A stretch of DNA of 64,000 nt from an uncultured Alphaproteobacteria bacterium (GCA_963831165.1 CAWHPC010000029.1:261183-325182), one strand, 5' to 3'. Shown: positions 19,524-28,306, numbered from the stretch's first letter. Numbers and translations: made by a program. The notes: generated from the letters alone by a model not told the origin.

Positions 19524-19961
19524 ATGTACACCAACATTCTGATCGCAACGGATGGTTCGGAACTCGCCGGGAAAGCCGTCGAGCACGGTATCGCTTTGGC
19601 GAAGCGGGTTGGCGCCAAAGCCACCGGGCTTACGGTGGCGCCGCCTTTTCATATCCTGACGACCGACCCGCAGATGATCGAGGACACGCCGACCGCTTAC
19701 CAGGCGCGCATGCAGAAGCACGCCGAGAAGACCCTCGCCGCCGTCACCCAGGCAGCGCAATTAGCCGGCGTCGCATGCGAGACGCTCCAGGTCGAGCATG
19801 AGCATCCCTACCGGGCGATCATCGATATCGCGGAGTTGAAAGGCTGCGATCTGATCGTCATGGCCTCGCACGGCCGCCACGGCGTCTCGGCGCTCATCCT
19901 CGGCAGCGAGACGGTCAAAGTGCTCACGCATTGCAAGATACCGGTGCTGGTCCATCGATGA
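19524..19961 (+). CDS. universal stress protein (UspA family)
   Basis: MYTNILIATDGSE...VMASHGRHGVSALILGSETVKVLTHCKIPVLV. Confidence 0.9.
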   Translation: MYTNILIATDGSELAGKAVEHGIALAKRVGAKATGLTVAPPFHILTTDPQMIEDTPTAYQARMQKHAEKTLAAVTQAAQLAGVACETLQVEHEHPYRAIIDIAELKGCDLIVMASHGRHGVSALILGSETVKVLTHCKIPVLVHR

Positions 19962-19980
19962 CCGGCCGGCGTTAATCGCG

Positions 19981-20400
19981 CTACGTCGCCTCTTTGAGGG
20001 CGCGGATCACGTCCTCGCGGGCGATCACCCCCACCAATTGGCGGTCTGGCCCGATAACCGGAAAGCTGCGGCTCTTAAGGTTCACCATCAACTGGAGAAC
20101 GCGCGTCAACGGTGCGGCCGGTTCGACATGCACGACGGCTTCGGTCATCATTTCCGCCACTGGTCGGCGCATCAACTCGTCGTAATGCGGCACCATCTGA
20201 CCGGTGGTGAACGCAAAGGCTCGAAGAAAATCGAACTTGGTCACGATGCCCAACATCTTTCCCTGCTCGACGACCGGGAAGGAATTGAAATCGTGTTTCT
20301 CGAATAATTTCTCCAGCTCACGCATGGTCGTTTGGCGTGTCACGGTCGTTACCGTACGCGTCATATATTGCTCGGCCGTGCCTTCGAGAAAGCGATACAT
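19981..20400 (-). CDS. CBS domain-containing protein
   Basis: 139 aa with two CBS repeats (FPVVEQGKMLGIVTKFD; FPVIGPDRQLVGVIAREDV). Confidence 0.85.
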   Translation of the reverse strand: MYRFLEGTAEQYMTRTVTTVTRQTTMRELEKLFEKHDFNSFPVVEQGKMLGIVTKFDFLRAFAFTTGQMVPHYDELMRRPVAEMMTEAVVHVEPAAPLTRVLQLMVNLKSRSFPVIGPDRQLVGVIAREDVIRALKEAT

Positions 20401-20464
20401 GATTTGATCCGCATCGCGCTGACTGAAAACTCAAACATCATAACAAAATTTGCGGACGCTGCCG

Positions 20465-20478
20465 TTGATCTGCGTCAA
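20465..20478. promoter_or_regulatory. FixK/FNR (CRP-family) binding box
   Basis: TTGATCTGCGTCAA fits TTGAT-N4-(A/G)TCAA. The centre is about 71 nt upstream of the CBS-gene ATG (20400), a geometry compatible with a class II activated promoter. Confidence 0.55.
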
Positions 20479-20662
20479 AACCCCGAAACGCGCCAACGGC
20501 AGGCAATTGCGCGCTCGGCGCTTGTTCGTCGGCTCACGAAGCTGATCTGAAAATACTCGCCCCGCTACGGCTAGCACTTTCGCATTTCGATCATATATAG
20601 ACGAGGTTACTTGGTGACGGCTATTCCAAGGATACTTCGCCGTTTTATTTGGAGATAATCAA

Positions 20663-20941
20663 ATGACAGACGCTGCCATGGTTGAAGAAGACATGATCGC
20701 ATTTGATTACAGCGCCGAGGCGGAGCTGTTCCCCAGCCGAAATCGGAAATCGAGGCGACAACCGATTGGGTACAAGCGTTTTGCACGCGCTGCGGACGCC
20801 GTCCGCTTCGCGATCGAGGAGCTGCCACCTGAATTTCTTCTCGGCGCGCATCTCCAAGTCGACGAAGAGCGCTACGACGGTCAGGGAATTCGTCGCCTGT
20901 ACGAAAGCATGGACTATCCCTTGGTCCGCCGCGCGGCTTAA
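20663..20941 (+). CDS. conserved small hypothetical protein
   Basis: 92 aa with GGAGA SD. The sequence ([38 protein letters not shown]...) resembles small hypotheticals common in rhizobia. No function known. Confidence 0.5.
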   Translation: MTDAAMVEEDMIAFDYSAEAELFPSRNRKSRRQPIGYKRFARAADAVRFAIEELPPEFLLGAHLQVDEERYDGQGIRRLYESMDYPLVRRAA

Positions 20942-21052
20942 GCGATGCCCGCGCGTTCGCGCTGCACCGCCGTCGTCTTCAATCACCGATTTAAGCCGAG
21001 AGTTATGTGCAACGCGGCGTGCCGTGCAAACCTGATCGCCGCCGACTTTTGA

Positions 21053-21283
21053 TTACACTTGCTCGGCGACTGCTGCGTGTTGCGCACTGCTCATAAGGTT
21101 TGGATAATTTTCTGCGAGCCATTCGCGATGCTCGCGAACAACGAGCAATAGGTTTTGATAATCGCGCGGGTTCTTAGTCAACCTGCTGGATACGTTTGGT
21201 TTCGCACTATATTGCCGGGGATCAAACACGTAGTTTTCCTTTTCGTAAAAGCGTCTTCGCTTATGCCGATCAGTTTCGATCAT
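21053..21283 (-). CDS. hypothetical protein (start uncertain)
   Basis: Only the AT-richer 3' part of track ORF 21053..22243 looks coding (MIETDRHKRRRFYEKENYVFDPRQY...). No family recognised. Confidence 0.3.
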   Translation of the reverse strand: MIETDRHKRRRFYEKENYVFDPRQYSAKPNVSSRLTKNPRDYQNLLLVVREHREWLAENYPNLMSSAQHAAVAEQV

Positions 21284-21355
21284 TCGATCGAGGAATGAGT
21301 TAAATATGGGGATGGCGAACTCGAAAAGCGAGCCCGGGTCAGAGAATTCGCCCAG

Positions 21356-21385
21356 GGTCTGCGAATAGCGGGTCTGCGAATAGCG
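21356..21385. repeat. perfect 15-bp tandem duplication
   Basis: GGTCTGCGAATAGCG occurs twice, head to tail. Confidence 0.95.
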
Positions 21386-21435
21386 ATCGCGCTGAAGGGC
21401 GAGCGCTTGACGGTAACTTTCGCGTGGCTGCGGCG

Positions 21436-21939
21436 TTACTTCAATTGATCGGCCACCTTGTCGATCCCGGCCTTGATGCAGGCTTCGTCTTTCTCGCCGC
21501 CCGGTGCTCCCGATGCGCCGGCTGCGCCGATGGTTTCGTCGCCGATCTTGATCGGCAGCGCGCCCTGGAACGCAATGATGTTGCTGAGATGGATAAAGGG
21601 CAGCGTCGGTTCGGCTTTCACACGTTCGCCCAAGGTGCCCGAGGGACTGCGCAACGTGCGCGCGGTGTAGGCCTTGCGGAAGCTGTTTTCCATGGTGTGC
21701 GGCGGGGTGTTGTCGCCGCGCACCTGCGCGATAACCTCGCCGTTGCGGCCGACCACGGTCACCGACACGGCGTAGCCATTGGCCTTGCAAGTCCCAATCG
21801 CAGTTTCCGCGATGGTCATGGCGATGGCAGCGCTCAGGTCCTTGTGGTTGAGGAGTTGCGCATTCGCAGGTGCGGTCCACGCGCAGGTGCAGGTCGCGGC
21901 GATTGCGATGGCCGCAAGACGAAGCCCGGACGATGACAT
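21436..21939 (-). CDS. GlcG/HbpS-like (DUF336) haem-binding protein, secreted
   Basis: Start MSSSGLRLAAIAIAA (signal peptide). GAAGASGAPGGEKDEACIKAGI motif. Confidence 0.8.
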   Translation of the reverse strand: MSSSGLRLAAIAIAATCTCAWTAPANAQLLNHKDLSAAIAMTIAETAIGTCKANGYAVSVTVVGRNGEVIAQVRGDNTPPHTMENSFRKAYTARTLRSPSGTLGERVKAEPTLPFIHLSNIIAFQGALPIKIGDETIGAAGASGAPGGEKDEACIKAGIDKVADQLK

Positions 21940-22064
21940 GACGATTCTCCCTGCTGTCTTTCGCCGTTGTTTGTGGCGACAGCACTGGAGAGAATAGCGC
22001 GTTCCCGCCGTGCCGTCTGCCACCCCAGCTTGACCGAGCCCGGATATCCGGCATCGTGTGACGC

Positions 22065-23675
22065 ATGACAGGGACGATCGAGACGATCTTGTTGTTCTTC
22101 GCCGTGCTGGTGATCGTCGCGATTGTCGCGCGGCGGCTTAATACCGCGCCATCCGTCCTCCTGGTCGTCGCCGGCATTGCGCTTGCCGTCATCCCCGGCC
22201 TGCCGCGGATCGCGCTTGCGCCGGAACTGGTGCTGCTCGGCATCCTGCCGCCGCTGATCTATTCGGCGGGCGTCGCCATGAGCTGGCGCGAATTTCGTTT
22301 CAACCTGCGGCCGATCACGCTGCTCGCCTTCGGCTGCGTCATTTTCACCACCTGTGCGGTGGCGGTAGTGGCGCATTTCGTGCTCGGCATGCCGCTCGCC
22401 GTCGGCTTCGTGCTCGGCGCCATCGTGGCGCCGCCCGACGTCGTCGCTCCGCTCGCCATCGTCCGCAGTCTCGGCCTGCCGCGACGGCTCACCTTGGTGC
22501 TCGAGGGCGAAGGTCTCGCCAACGACGCCACGGCGTTGATCCTCTACCGCTTCGCGGTCGCCGCCGTGAGCACCGGCGTGTTCTCGCTCGGGGAAGCCGC
22601 CGGCACTTTTGTGCTCATCGTCGTCGGCGAGATCGGTTACGGCATCGGCGTCGGCTGGGTCAGCCTGCGGCTGCGCCGCTGGGCGCGCGACCCGCGCGTC
22701 GAGATCACGCTGTCGCTGATGACGCCGTACATTGCATTTCTGCTGCCGGCGCAGCTGGGCGGATCGGGGGTTCTTGCGACCATCGCAGCTGGTCTGTTCG
22801 TGAGCTGGAACGGGCCGCTGCTCATTCCGGCGGCGACGCGGCTCCAGGGCATCTTCTTCTGGGACCTGCTGGTCTATCTCCTGGAAGGATTCGTCTTCCT
22901 GGTGACCGGAATGCAGATGCGCACGCTGCTCGACGAGACCGATATGATCCGGCTGCGCGATCTGCCGCTCACGATATTCATCGTCCTCGCCGTGATTGTG
23001 GTTGCGCGATTCATCTGGGTCTTTCCGGCGACCTATCTGCCGCGCTGGCTGAGCCCGTCGCTGGCGCGCCGCGATCCGTCACCGCCTTGGCAGTGGACCT
23101 TCCTGTTGGCGTTTGTCGGCGTCCGCGGCGTGGTTTCGCTCGCCGCCGCGCTCGCCATTCCGCTGACGACGCTCGCCGCGGCGTCGTTTCCCGACCGCGA
23201 TCTCATCCTGTTCGTCACCTTCGGCATCATCGTCATCACGCTGATCGGCCAGGGGCTGGTGCTGCCAAGCGTCGTCCGCTGGCTCGCCTTGCCGCACGAC
23301 GCCGAAGACGAACGCCGGCGCGAGCGCGACGCCGAGATCACGGCGCGGCTGGAAAGCCTGAACGTGGCGCAAGGCCGGCTCGATCAGCTCGCCACTGACA
23401 GCAATTTGGCCCCGGAGGTGCTCGCGATCCTGCAGGCGCGGCATGACCATCGCGCCGTCCAGTTGCCGAAGAACGCGGCGGATCGGCACAAGGCCGTCGC
23501 GGCGGCGGCGGAGTTGCGGCTCCAGCTGATCGCCGCCGAGCGCGAATACATCTATCGGCTGCTGCAGGACGGCAAGATCACAGACGAAGCCCGGCGGCAC
23601 ATTGAGCGCGAGCTCGACTTGGAAGAGGCTAGTCTCGCATTCAAGAGAGAGGGCGGCGCCGAAACGCCGCTATGA
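22065..23675 (+). CDS. Na+/H+ antiporter (CPA1 family)
   Basis: 536 aa. About 12 TM segments plus a cytoplasmic C-terminal coiled region. LEGEGLANDATALILYR motif. Confidence 0.85.
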   Translation: MTGTIETILLFFAVLVIVAIVARRLNTAPSVLLVVAGIALAVIPGLPRIALAPELVLLGILPPLIYSAGVAMSWREFRFNLRPITLLAFGCVIFTTCAVAVVAHFVLGMPLAVGFVLGAIVAPPDVVAPLAIVRSLGLPRRLTLVLEGEGLANDATALILYRFAVAAVSTGVFSLGEAAGTFVLIVVGEIGYGIGVGWVSLRLRRWARDPRVEITLSLMTPYIAFLLPAQLGGSGVLATIAAGLFVSWNGPLLIPAATRLQGIFFWDLLVYLLEGFVFLVTGMQMRTLLDETDMIRLRDLPLTIFIVLAVIVVARFIWVFPATYLPRWLSPSLARRDPSPPWQWTFLLAFVGVRGVVSLAAALAIPLTTLAAASFPDRDLILFVTFGIIVITLIGQGLVLPSVVRWLALPHDAEDERRRERDAEITARLESLNVAQGRLDQLATDSNLAPEVLAILQARHDHRAVQLPKNAADRHKAVAAAAELRLQLIAAEREYIYRLLQDGKITDEARRHIERELDLEEASLAFKREGGAETPL

Positions 23676-23800
23676 TCTGCAGCATGTAGGATTGAGTGAC
23701 CGGCCTCCGTGCGCCCAACCCGACAAATCGCGGAAGCGGCCGAAGCGACGCGATTGAACGGTACGCGACGTCATGCACGGGATGATCGCCTGAGAAAACC

Positions 23801-24247
23801 ATGCGTAAGCCGCTCTTGCCACCAGTCTACTTTCTCGCGGGGATCTGCGGGATGCTCGCCCTGCACTTTTTGCTTCCTGTGCACCAGGTCCTGCTATTCC
23901 CCTGGACGCTCGCCGGTATCATCCCGGCAATCATCGGCGCCACGCTGAATCTGCTGGCTGATCGTGCTTTCAAGCGGCACAGAACAACCGTCAAGCCGTT
24001 TGAGGTCCCGACCAGCCTAATGACGGACGGGGTGTTCGCACTTTCACGCAATCCGATGTATTTAGGTATGGTGTTGATCCTTTTTGGGCTAGCGCTCTTT
24101 CTCGGCACGCTCAGTCCTTTCCTGATCTGCGTCGGATTCGCCATATTGGTAGATTACCGATTCATTCGGGTCGAAGAGCGGATGCTAGCCGACCAATTCG
24201 GAACGGAGTGGCGAGCCTACAGCTCCAGAGTTCGACGCTGGATTTAG
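23801..24247 (+). CDS. isoprenylcysteine carboxyl methyltransferase (ICMT)-family membrane methyltransferase
   Basis: 148 aa with 4 TM segments. LSRNPMYLGMVLILFG motif. Confidence 0.75.
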   Translation: MRKPLLPPVYFLAGICGMLALHFLLPVHQVLLFPWTLAGIIPAIIGATLNLLADRAFKRHRTTVKPFEVPTSLMTDGVFALSRNPMYLGMVLILFGLALFLGTLSPFLICVGFAILVDYRFIRVEERMLADQFGTEWRAYSSRVRRWI

Positions 24248-24251
24248 GAAG

Positions 24252-24287
24252 CGTAGCGCGGATTGAGCGGAGCGAAATCCAGGGTGG
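24252..24287. repeat. REP-type element (family CGTAGCSCGG..GAGC..GCGAAATCC)
   Basis: CGTAGCGCGGATTGAGCGGAGCGAAATCCAGGGTGG. Inverted copy at 24889-24922 and a third copy at 26200-26232. Confidence 0.7.
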
Positions 24288-24315
24288 TCGGGCAGGCACG
24301 GCCGGGGTTGCTGCC

Positions 24316-24876
24316 TCAGTGAAACTTCTCACCTCGGGCCAACTTCTCAATGATCGCCTGCATTCGCTTCTCTCTGGTTTCTGGCTTCTTTGCCGTCTGG
24401 AGCCTGTAAGCGATCGAATACAGATTGGTTTTGTTGAGTGTTTCGAAGAAAGCTTTGGCCTTATTGTTTCGTGCGATTCTCTTTAGGAAATCATCCGGTA
24501 CTGCAGCGCTGCCAAAGGAATCATAGGCCGCTTCCCAGCGGCCATCCGCCTTCGCGGCGTTTACTTCTCGCAATCCGGCGGGAGCCATTTCGCCGGTCGC
24601 GATCAGGCGTTCGGCATGCTGCGTATTGGTCTTGGACCAACCGCTGTTGCGCCGCCGTGGCGTAAATTGCTGCAGCCATGATTGTTTGTCATACGGTTTT
24701 TTCTGTCCATCGATCCAGCCAAAGCAAAGCGCTTGATCAAGGGCTTCTGTATACGTCACTGTGGGCAATCCAGAGTCCTTTTTGTAAATGCACAACAGGA
24801 TGCCCTCCGATCGGCGGTGGTTTTTCGAAAGCCACGCCCGGAAGTCACCCGCGGATGCGAAACGCTTTATTTTCAT
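24316..24876 (-). CDS. YdeI/OmpD-associated family protein
   Basis: Start MKIKRFASAGDFRAWLSKNH. TYTEALDQALCFGWIDGQKK motif. 186 aa. Confidence 0.8.
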   Translation of the reverse strand: MKIKRFASAGDFRAWLSKNHRRSEGILLCIYKKDSGLPTVTYTEALDQALCFGWIDGQKKPYDKQSWLQQFTPRRRNSGWSKTNTQHAERLIATGEMAPAGLREVNAAKADGRWEAAYDSFGSAAVPDDFLKRIARNNKAKAFFETLNKTNLYSIAYRLQTAKKPETREKRMQAIIEKLARGEKFH

Positions 24877-24888
24877 CAAAGCAAAGGT

Positions 24889-24922
24889 ACCACGGATTTC
24901 GCTCTGCTCAATCCGCGCTACG
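24889..24922. repeat. REP-type element, inverted copy
   Basis: The reverse complement reads CGTAGCGCGGATTGAGCAGAGCGAAATCCGTGGT. Confidence 0.7.
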
Positions 24923-25303
24923 ACGCCTAATGCGTCTTGACGACGACTTTCGCTTCGCCCGCTTCCGCGGCGCGAATTTCTTGTGCTGCGCGATCGCGAG
25001 CGCGCGTGCGGCCCAGACCGCAAGTTCTTCCGGATCGTCGTAGAGCCGCTCGGGCAGCCGCCAATACGACAGCGAAGCGCGGCCGACGCGGCCTTTGCTC
25101 TTGGCGCGGGTGTAGACGAATGGCCGGCTGCCTTCGCGCTCGAACTCCGGAATGCTGGTCTCATCGACTTTGAGAAAGATCGCGCCGTCGAACACCAGAC
25201 CAAACATCAGGCCTTCGGACCAGATGCCGGCGCCGCCGAACATGCGCTTCACCGTCACCGGACCGAACGGCGAAAACAGTTCGCGGATGAATTCGTGGTC
25301 CAC
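24908..25303 (-). CDS. TfoX/Sxy N-terminal domain family protein
   Basis: VTVKRMFGGAGIWSEGLMFGLVFDGAIFLKVDE motif. Start placed at the GTG at 25303 so that it does not overlap the upstream hydrolase gene. Confidence 0.7.
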   Translation of the reverse strand: MDHEFIRELFSPFGPVTVKRMFGGAGIWSEGLMFGLVFDGAIFLKVDETSIPEFEREGSRPFVYTRAKSKGRVGRASLSYWRLPERLYDDPEELAVWAARALAIAQHKKFAPRKRAKRKSSSRRIRRRSAD

Positions 25304-25326
25304 GGGCGAGATTCCGGAACGAAGCT

Positions 25327-26157
25327 TCAGCCGGCTTCGGCAAAGAATTGCCGAATAGCGTCGGCGCATTCAACGGGCGATTCGACCGGGGCCCAGTGGC
25401 CGGTTTGCGGAAGGTGCACGACCCGTCGCGCATTGAATCGCTCGGCAAAGTCCGGCGAGATGTATGGGTCCCTGTCGCCCCAAATCACCAGCGTCGGTTT
25501 TGCCGCGGTCAGCTCCAGGAGTTCGTTCTCCCAGGATTTGAAGTTTGCGGGATTGGCGGCGCGATAAAGCCGCAAAACTTCTTTCTTCATGCGCGGCGTG
25601 ATCAGCGCCCAGGTTTGATCGATGTGCGCGTCGCTGATCCGGGCGGATCCTCGCTTGAGCTCTTGCGCGAACATCGGCCGGTTCATCACCGCCATCGACA
25701 GTTCGCCGAGCACCGGCGTGCGCCAGATATGCGCCCAGAAATGCCAGCGATAGTCGCTGAAGAACACGGTGTTGATCGCCACCATGCGGCGGACGCTGTC
25801 GGGGTGCCTGACCGCCCAGGCAAACGCAAACGGACCGCCGAAATCGTGCGCGATCAGATCGATCGGCGTGTTGATACTGGCGGCGCGCACAAATTGCTCG
25901 ACGAAATCGGCCATTCCGTCGAGAGAAGGCTGGTAGCCGGCCGGCACTTCCGAATGGCCGAAGCCCGGCAGATCCGGCGCAACGCACCGGCACGTTCGCC
26001 CGAGGCGCTGAGCTACTTCTTCCCACATGATACCGCTATCGGGATTGCCGTGGAGCAGCAGCACCGTCCGCCCGTCGCCCCATTCGGTGACGTGGATATT
26101 GGCGCCGCCAACGCGAACCTCGCGCGTGGTTTGCCCCACGATTGCATCGTTTGCCAT
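25327..26157 (-). CDS. alpha/beta-fold hydrolase (haloalkane-dehalogenase-like)
   Basis: 276 aa. VLLLHGNPDSGIMW and AHDFGG motifs. Confidence 0.8.
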   Translation of the reverse strand: MANDAIVGQTTREVRVGGANIHVTEWGDGRTVLLLHGNPDSGIMWEEVAQRLGRTCRCVAPDLPGFGHSEVPAGYQPSLDGMADFVEQFVRAASINTPIDLIAHDFGGPFAFAWAVRHPDSVRRMVAINTVFFSDYRWHFWAHIWRTPVLGELSMAVMNRPMFAQELKRGSARISDAHIDQTWALITPRMKKEVLRLYRAANPANFKSWENELLELTAAKPTLVIWGDRDPYISPDFAERFNARRVVHLPQTGHWAPVESPVECADAIRQFFAEAG

Positions 26158-26199
26158 CGCTATACTCTAAACGAAGGAGCGAACGCTGTTGCCCGCGAG

Positions 26200-26232
26200 C
26201 GTAGCCCGGGTGAGCAATCGCGAAATTCGGGG
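26200..26232. repeat. REP-type element
   Basis: CGTAGCCCGGGTGAGCAATCGCGAAATTCGGGG. Same family as 24252-24287. Confidence 0.65.
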
Positions 26233-26368
26233 CGACTTTCGGATATGGCAACGTTCCTCCCGGCGTTCGCGCCACGCAATCTAAAGTCATATTTCGGTAG
26301 TGGGCCAATAAATTAAGGCGTGCCGAAAAACGGCTAGGCCACGTCGTAATCTGAGACTATCTTGCCGC

Positions 26369-26563
26369 ATGAGCAAATCCGCCAAGATTCGCGTCACTTT
26401 CAAGATTAAGCGGATCGCCGAGGACGATTGGCAATTCGAAGCCAACTATCCCGGAGCCGAGATTCGCTACATCAAGGGCTTCAAAAGCAAAGCCGAGGCC
26501 GACGAGTGGCTTGCAGGCACCGGCCGCATAGATTGGCTGCGGTCGCAGGGCTATGCAAAATGA
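26369..26563 (+). CDS. small hypothetical protein
   Basis: 64 aa, balanced composition (MSKSAKIRVTFKIKRIAEDDWQFE...). No family recognised. Confidence 0.4.
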   Translation: MSKSAKIRVTFKIKRIAEDDWQFEANYPGAEIRYIKGFKSKAEADEWLAGTGRIDWLRSQGYAK

Positions 26564-27027
26564 CCAAGTCCCCAAACGACGGCGCGACCTGAACCAGCGT
26601 CAGTATTGAGTTTCGCTTCCGAAGCGGCCAATCAATCCGCGCCCGCATGGCACTATTATGCAAACCGTAGGCTGGAAAATGGACGCCGAGGACGAGGGCA
26701 ACTCCGCCACTTAAGCGGTATGATGGTGCAGGTGCCACAAGCCGCTTAGTAAGCGGTCCTTACCTGTCGGCCGGGAGTAAACCGGCCGTGATTGGTGCTC
26801 GCCTATCCCAAATCAGAGATTCCTATCGTGACCCGTGAATAGGCCAGTCCGGCTTTATGGCGCAAACGCAGGAACCGCGCCGATGCCGGACATGATAGGA
26901 GTCGAACGTGGCCGGTAAGATCGCTCCATATATTTTCACTGTCGTCATCCCCGTAGTGGTGGCGGCAAAGGACATTTATTCGAGTGAAACAAAAGCCATC
27001 CAAATAATAGGTGAATGGTTGCGCCGT

Positions 27028-27200
27028 TAAAATTTCTTTCAGAGCCACACCGTCTAACTGCGACGCCGCAAGACATACTAGGAAAAACGTCGCAGGGAAT
27101 GAGCCGCGTTTGAGTTTGTTTGTGATCGAGGCCTCCGCGTTTCTCCCCGCATCCGCAGCGAATGAATAAGCCCACCGCTGATAGCCTTGGCCAGACCCAC
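27028..27200 (-). pseudogene. DUF6471-like HTH protein remnant
   Basis: EASITNKLKRGSFPATFFLVCLAASQLDGVALKEI matches the C-terminal half of DUF6471 proteins. The upstream part is scrambled between frames and no clean stop follows. Confidence 0.4.
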
Positions 27201-27305
27201 GAGGCGAATCTAGTAGGGTCGCCGTCAAGCCCCTTGTGGCGTTTACGTCATAATACCCCACTTAAGAGCGGCCACATTCGCCACGTTACTAATCGGGGGC
27301 GCGGC

Positions 27306-27480
27306 CTACTCACCGGAGCCGTCCCAAACTGCCGCAATTGGCTGGACCAGTGCCATCCGGTCGAGTATCCGCAATGCCTGCCTCATCTTGGAACGGTGAT
27401 CGGCGACCAGCGTTACATTGGAGATGATGAGGCAAACGCTGGAAAGATCGCCTATCGGTTTGAGCCTGCCGCAAACGACG
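27306..27480 (-). pseudogene. possible PIN-domain (VapC-like) toxin C-terminal remnant
   Basis: GRLKPIGDLSSVCLIISNVTLVADHRSKM loosely follows the VapC pattern G.PIG..D..IAA.A....TLVT.N. No intact N-terminal PIN motif in any frame. Confidence 0.25.
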
Positions 27481-28182
27481 ATGAGCCGCCCAAGCAACCA
27501 AGATTACGGCGGTGGCTTCTCGCTCGCCTTAGCGGGGGTAAGCATCATGCTCAGAAACTCTCTGGTCGAGATGGCACTCATCCTCTTCATCACCTTCACC
27601 CTGGGCGGAATGCTGTATTTTCTTTCGGCTACGCTGGTAGCCGCTCCGGTTTTTGACAACGCAGCTCCCGATGCGGATGCGATGAGGTATCCATAATCGT
27701 TGTGACGGCTGGGCCATAACAGTCGTCATTAAAAACTGTCCAAAAGTGCTCAAACTAGCTGGACCACTACCCCGATATCGCGTCCCAGTTATCGCGACCT
27801 TGCTCTTGACAACTGTCACCAGATTAGGTACACGGTGCCATCTCGCTCATCGAGGACGCCTTCGGCCGAGGGTACTCCGGAAGGTGGAGCGAGTGCGGTG
27901 CCCGCGGGCGGAACGATACACTCCGCTCTCGGGCAGCTTCGGGCATCATCTGACCGGCACTACGACCGGTCCGGGAGGTGCGTTCCCTGGACTGGGACAG
28001 GCGGGCGCGGGTAACGCCCGTGTAAGAACGTAAGATCTTTGCTCCCCGGTTGGAGCGAGCTTACAGGATCGAACGTCCTGCCACGTCCCAGGAAGCCTGG
28101 CCTGGAGTTGCGCCCAAGGGCCGAAAGCCCTGACGGTAAGAGCCGTAGTGGAACGCCGATAGGCGAGCGTGCCCCCTCCCAA

Positions 28183-28207
28183 CCCTCCCCCGCAAGCGGG
28201 AGAGGGG
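28183..28207. repeat. GC-rich hairpin repeat (CCCTCCCCCGC-AA-GCGGGAGAGGGG type)
   Basis: 11-bp stem with one mismatch. This type of element is common in alphaproteobacterial intergenic regions. Confidence 0.6.
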
Positions 28208-28306
28208 AAGAGAACAGGGCGCGCGCCGCGCCCGTAAGGCGCGGAGGTTGGAGACAAACGTCTGTCGGCGTTCCGCTTCCTTTTTTCCTTAGTCGTCATT
28301 GCACTT

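Noticed and set aside
21284-22243. Upstream part of the 396-aa ORF 21053..22243.
   Set aside because: It runs antisense or out of frame through the GlcG-like gene and the antiporter start, with an Arg-rich translation. Only the AT-richer 3' end may be coding.
28040-28095. Possible tRNA, tRNA-Sec or two-piece tmRNA 3' end on the minus strand (GGCAGGACGTTCGATCCTGTAAGCTCGCTCCA).
   Set aside because: The T-loop is non-canonical (CGUUCGA, or 9 nt depending on the stem chosen). No complementary 5' acceptor strand, D-arm or anticodon arm can be found upstream. No tag-peptide reading frame or GGGG...UUCGAC 5' tmRNA motif is nearby. At most it is a fragment.
27960-28170. RNase P RNA (rnpB), suggested by GGTAACGCC and AAGGG..GAAAG..CGGTAAGAGC motifs.
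   Set aside because: The universally conserved P4 strands (GGAAAGUCCGGGCUCC / ACAGAACCCGGCUUA) and the GGUAAACUCCACCCGGAGCAAGGCCAAAUAGG region are absent. Only local motif echoes remain.
27978-28170. 5' end of a group II intron (GUGCG...).
   Set aside because: No domain V consensus and no reverse-transcriptase/maturase ORF lies anywhere nearby. GUGCG alone is too short to be meaningful.
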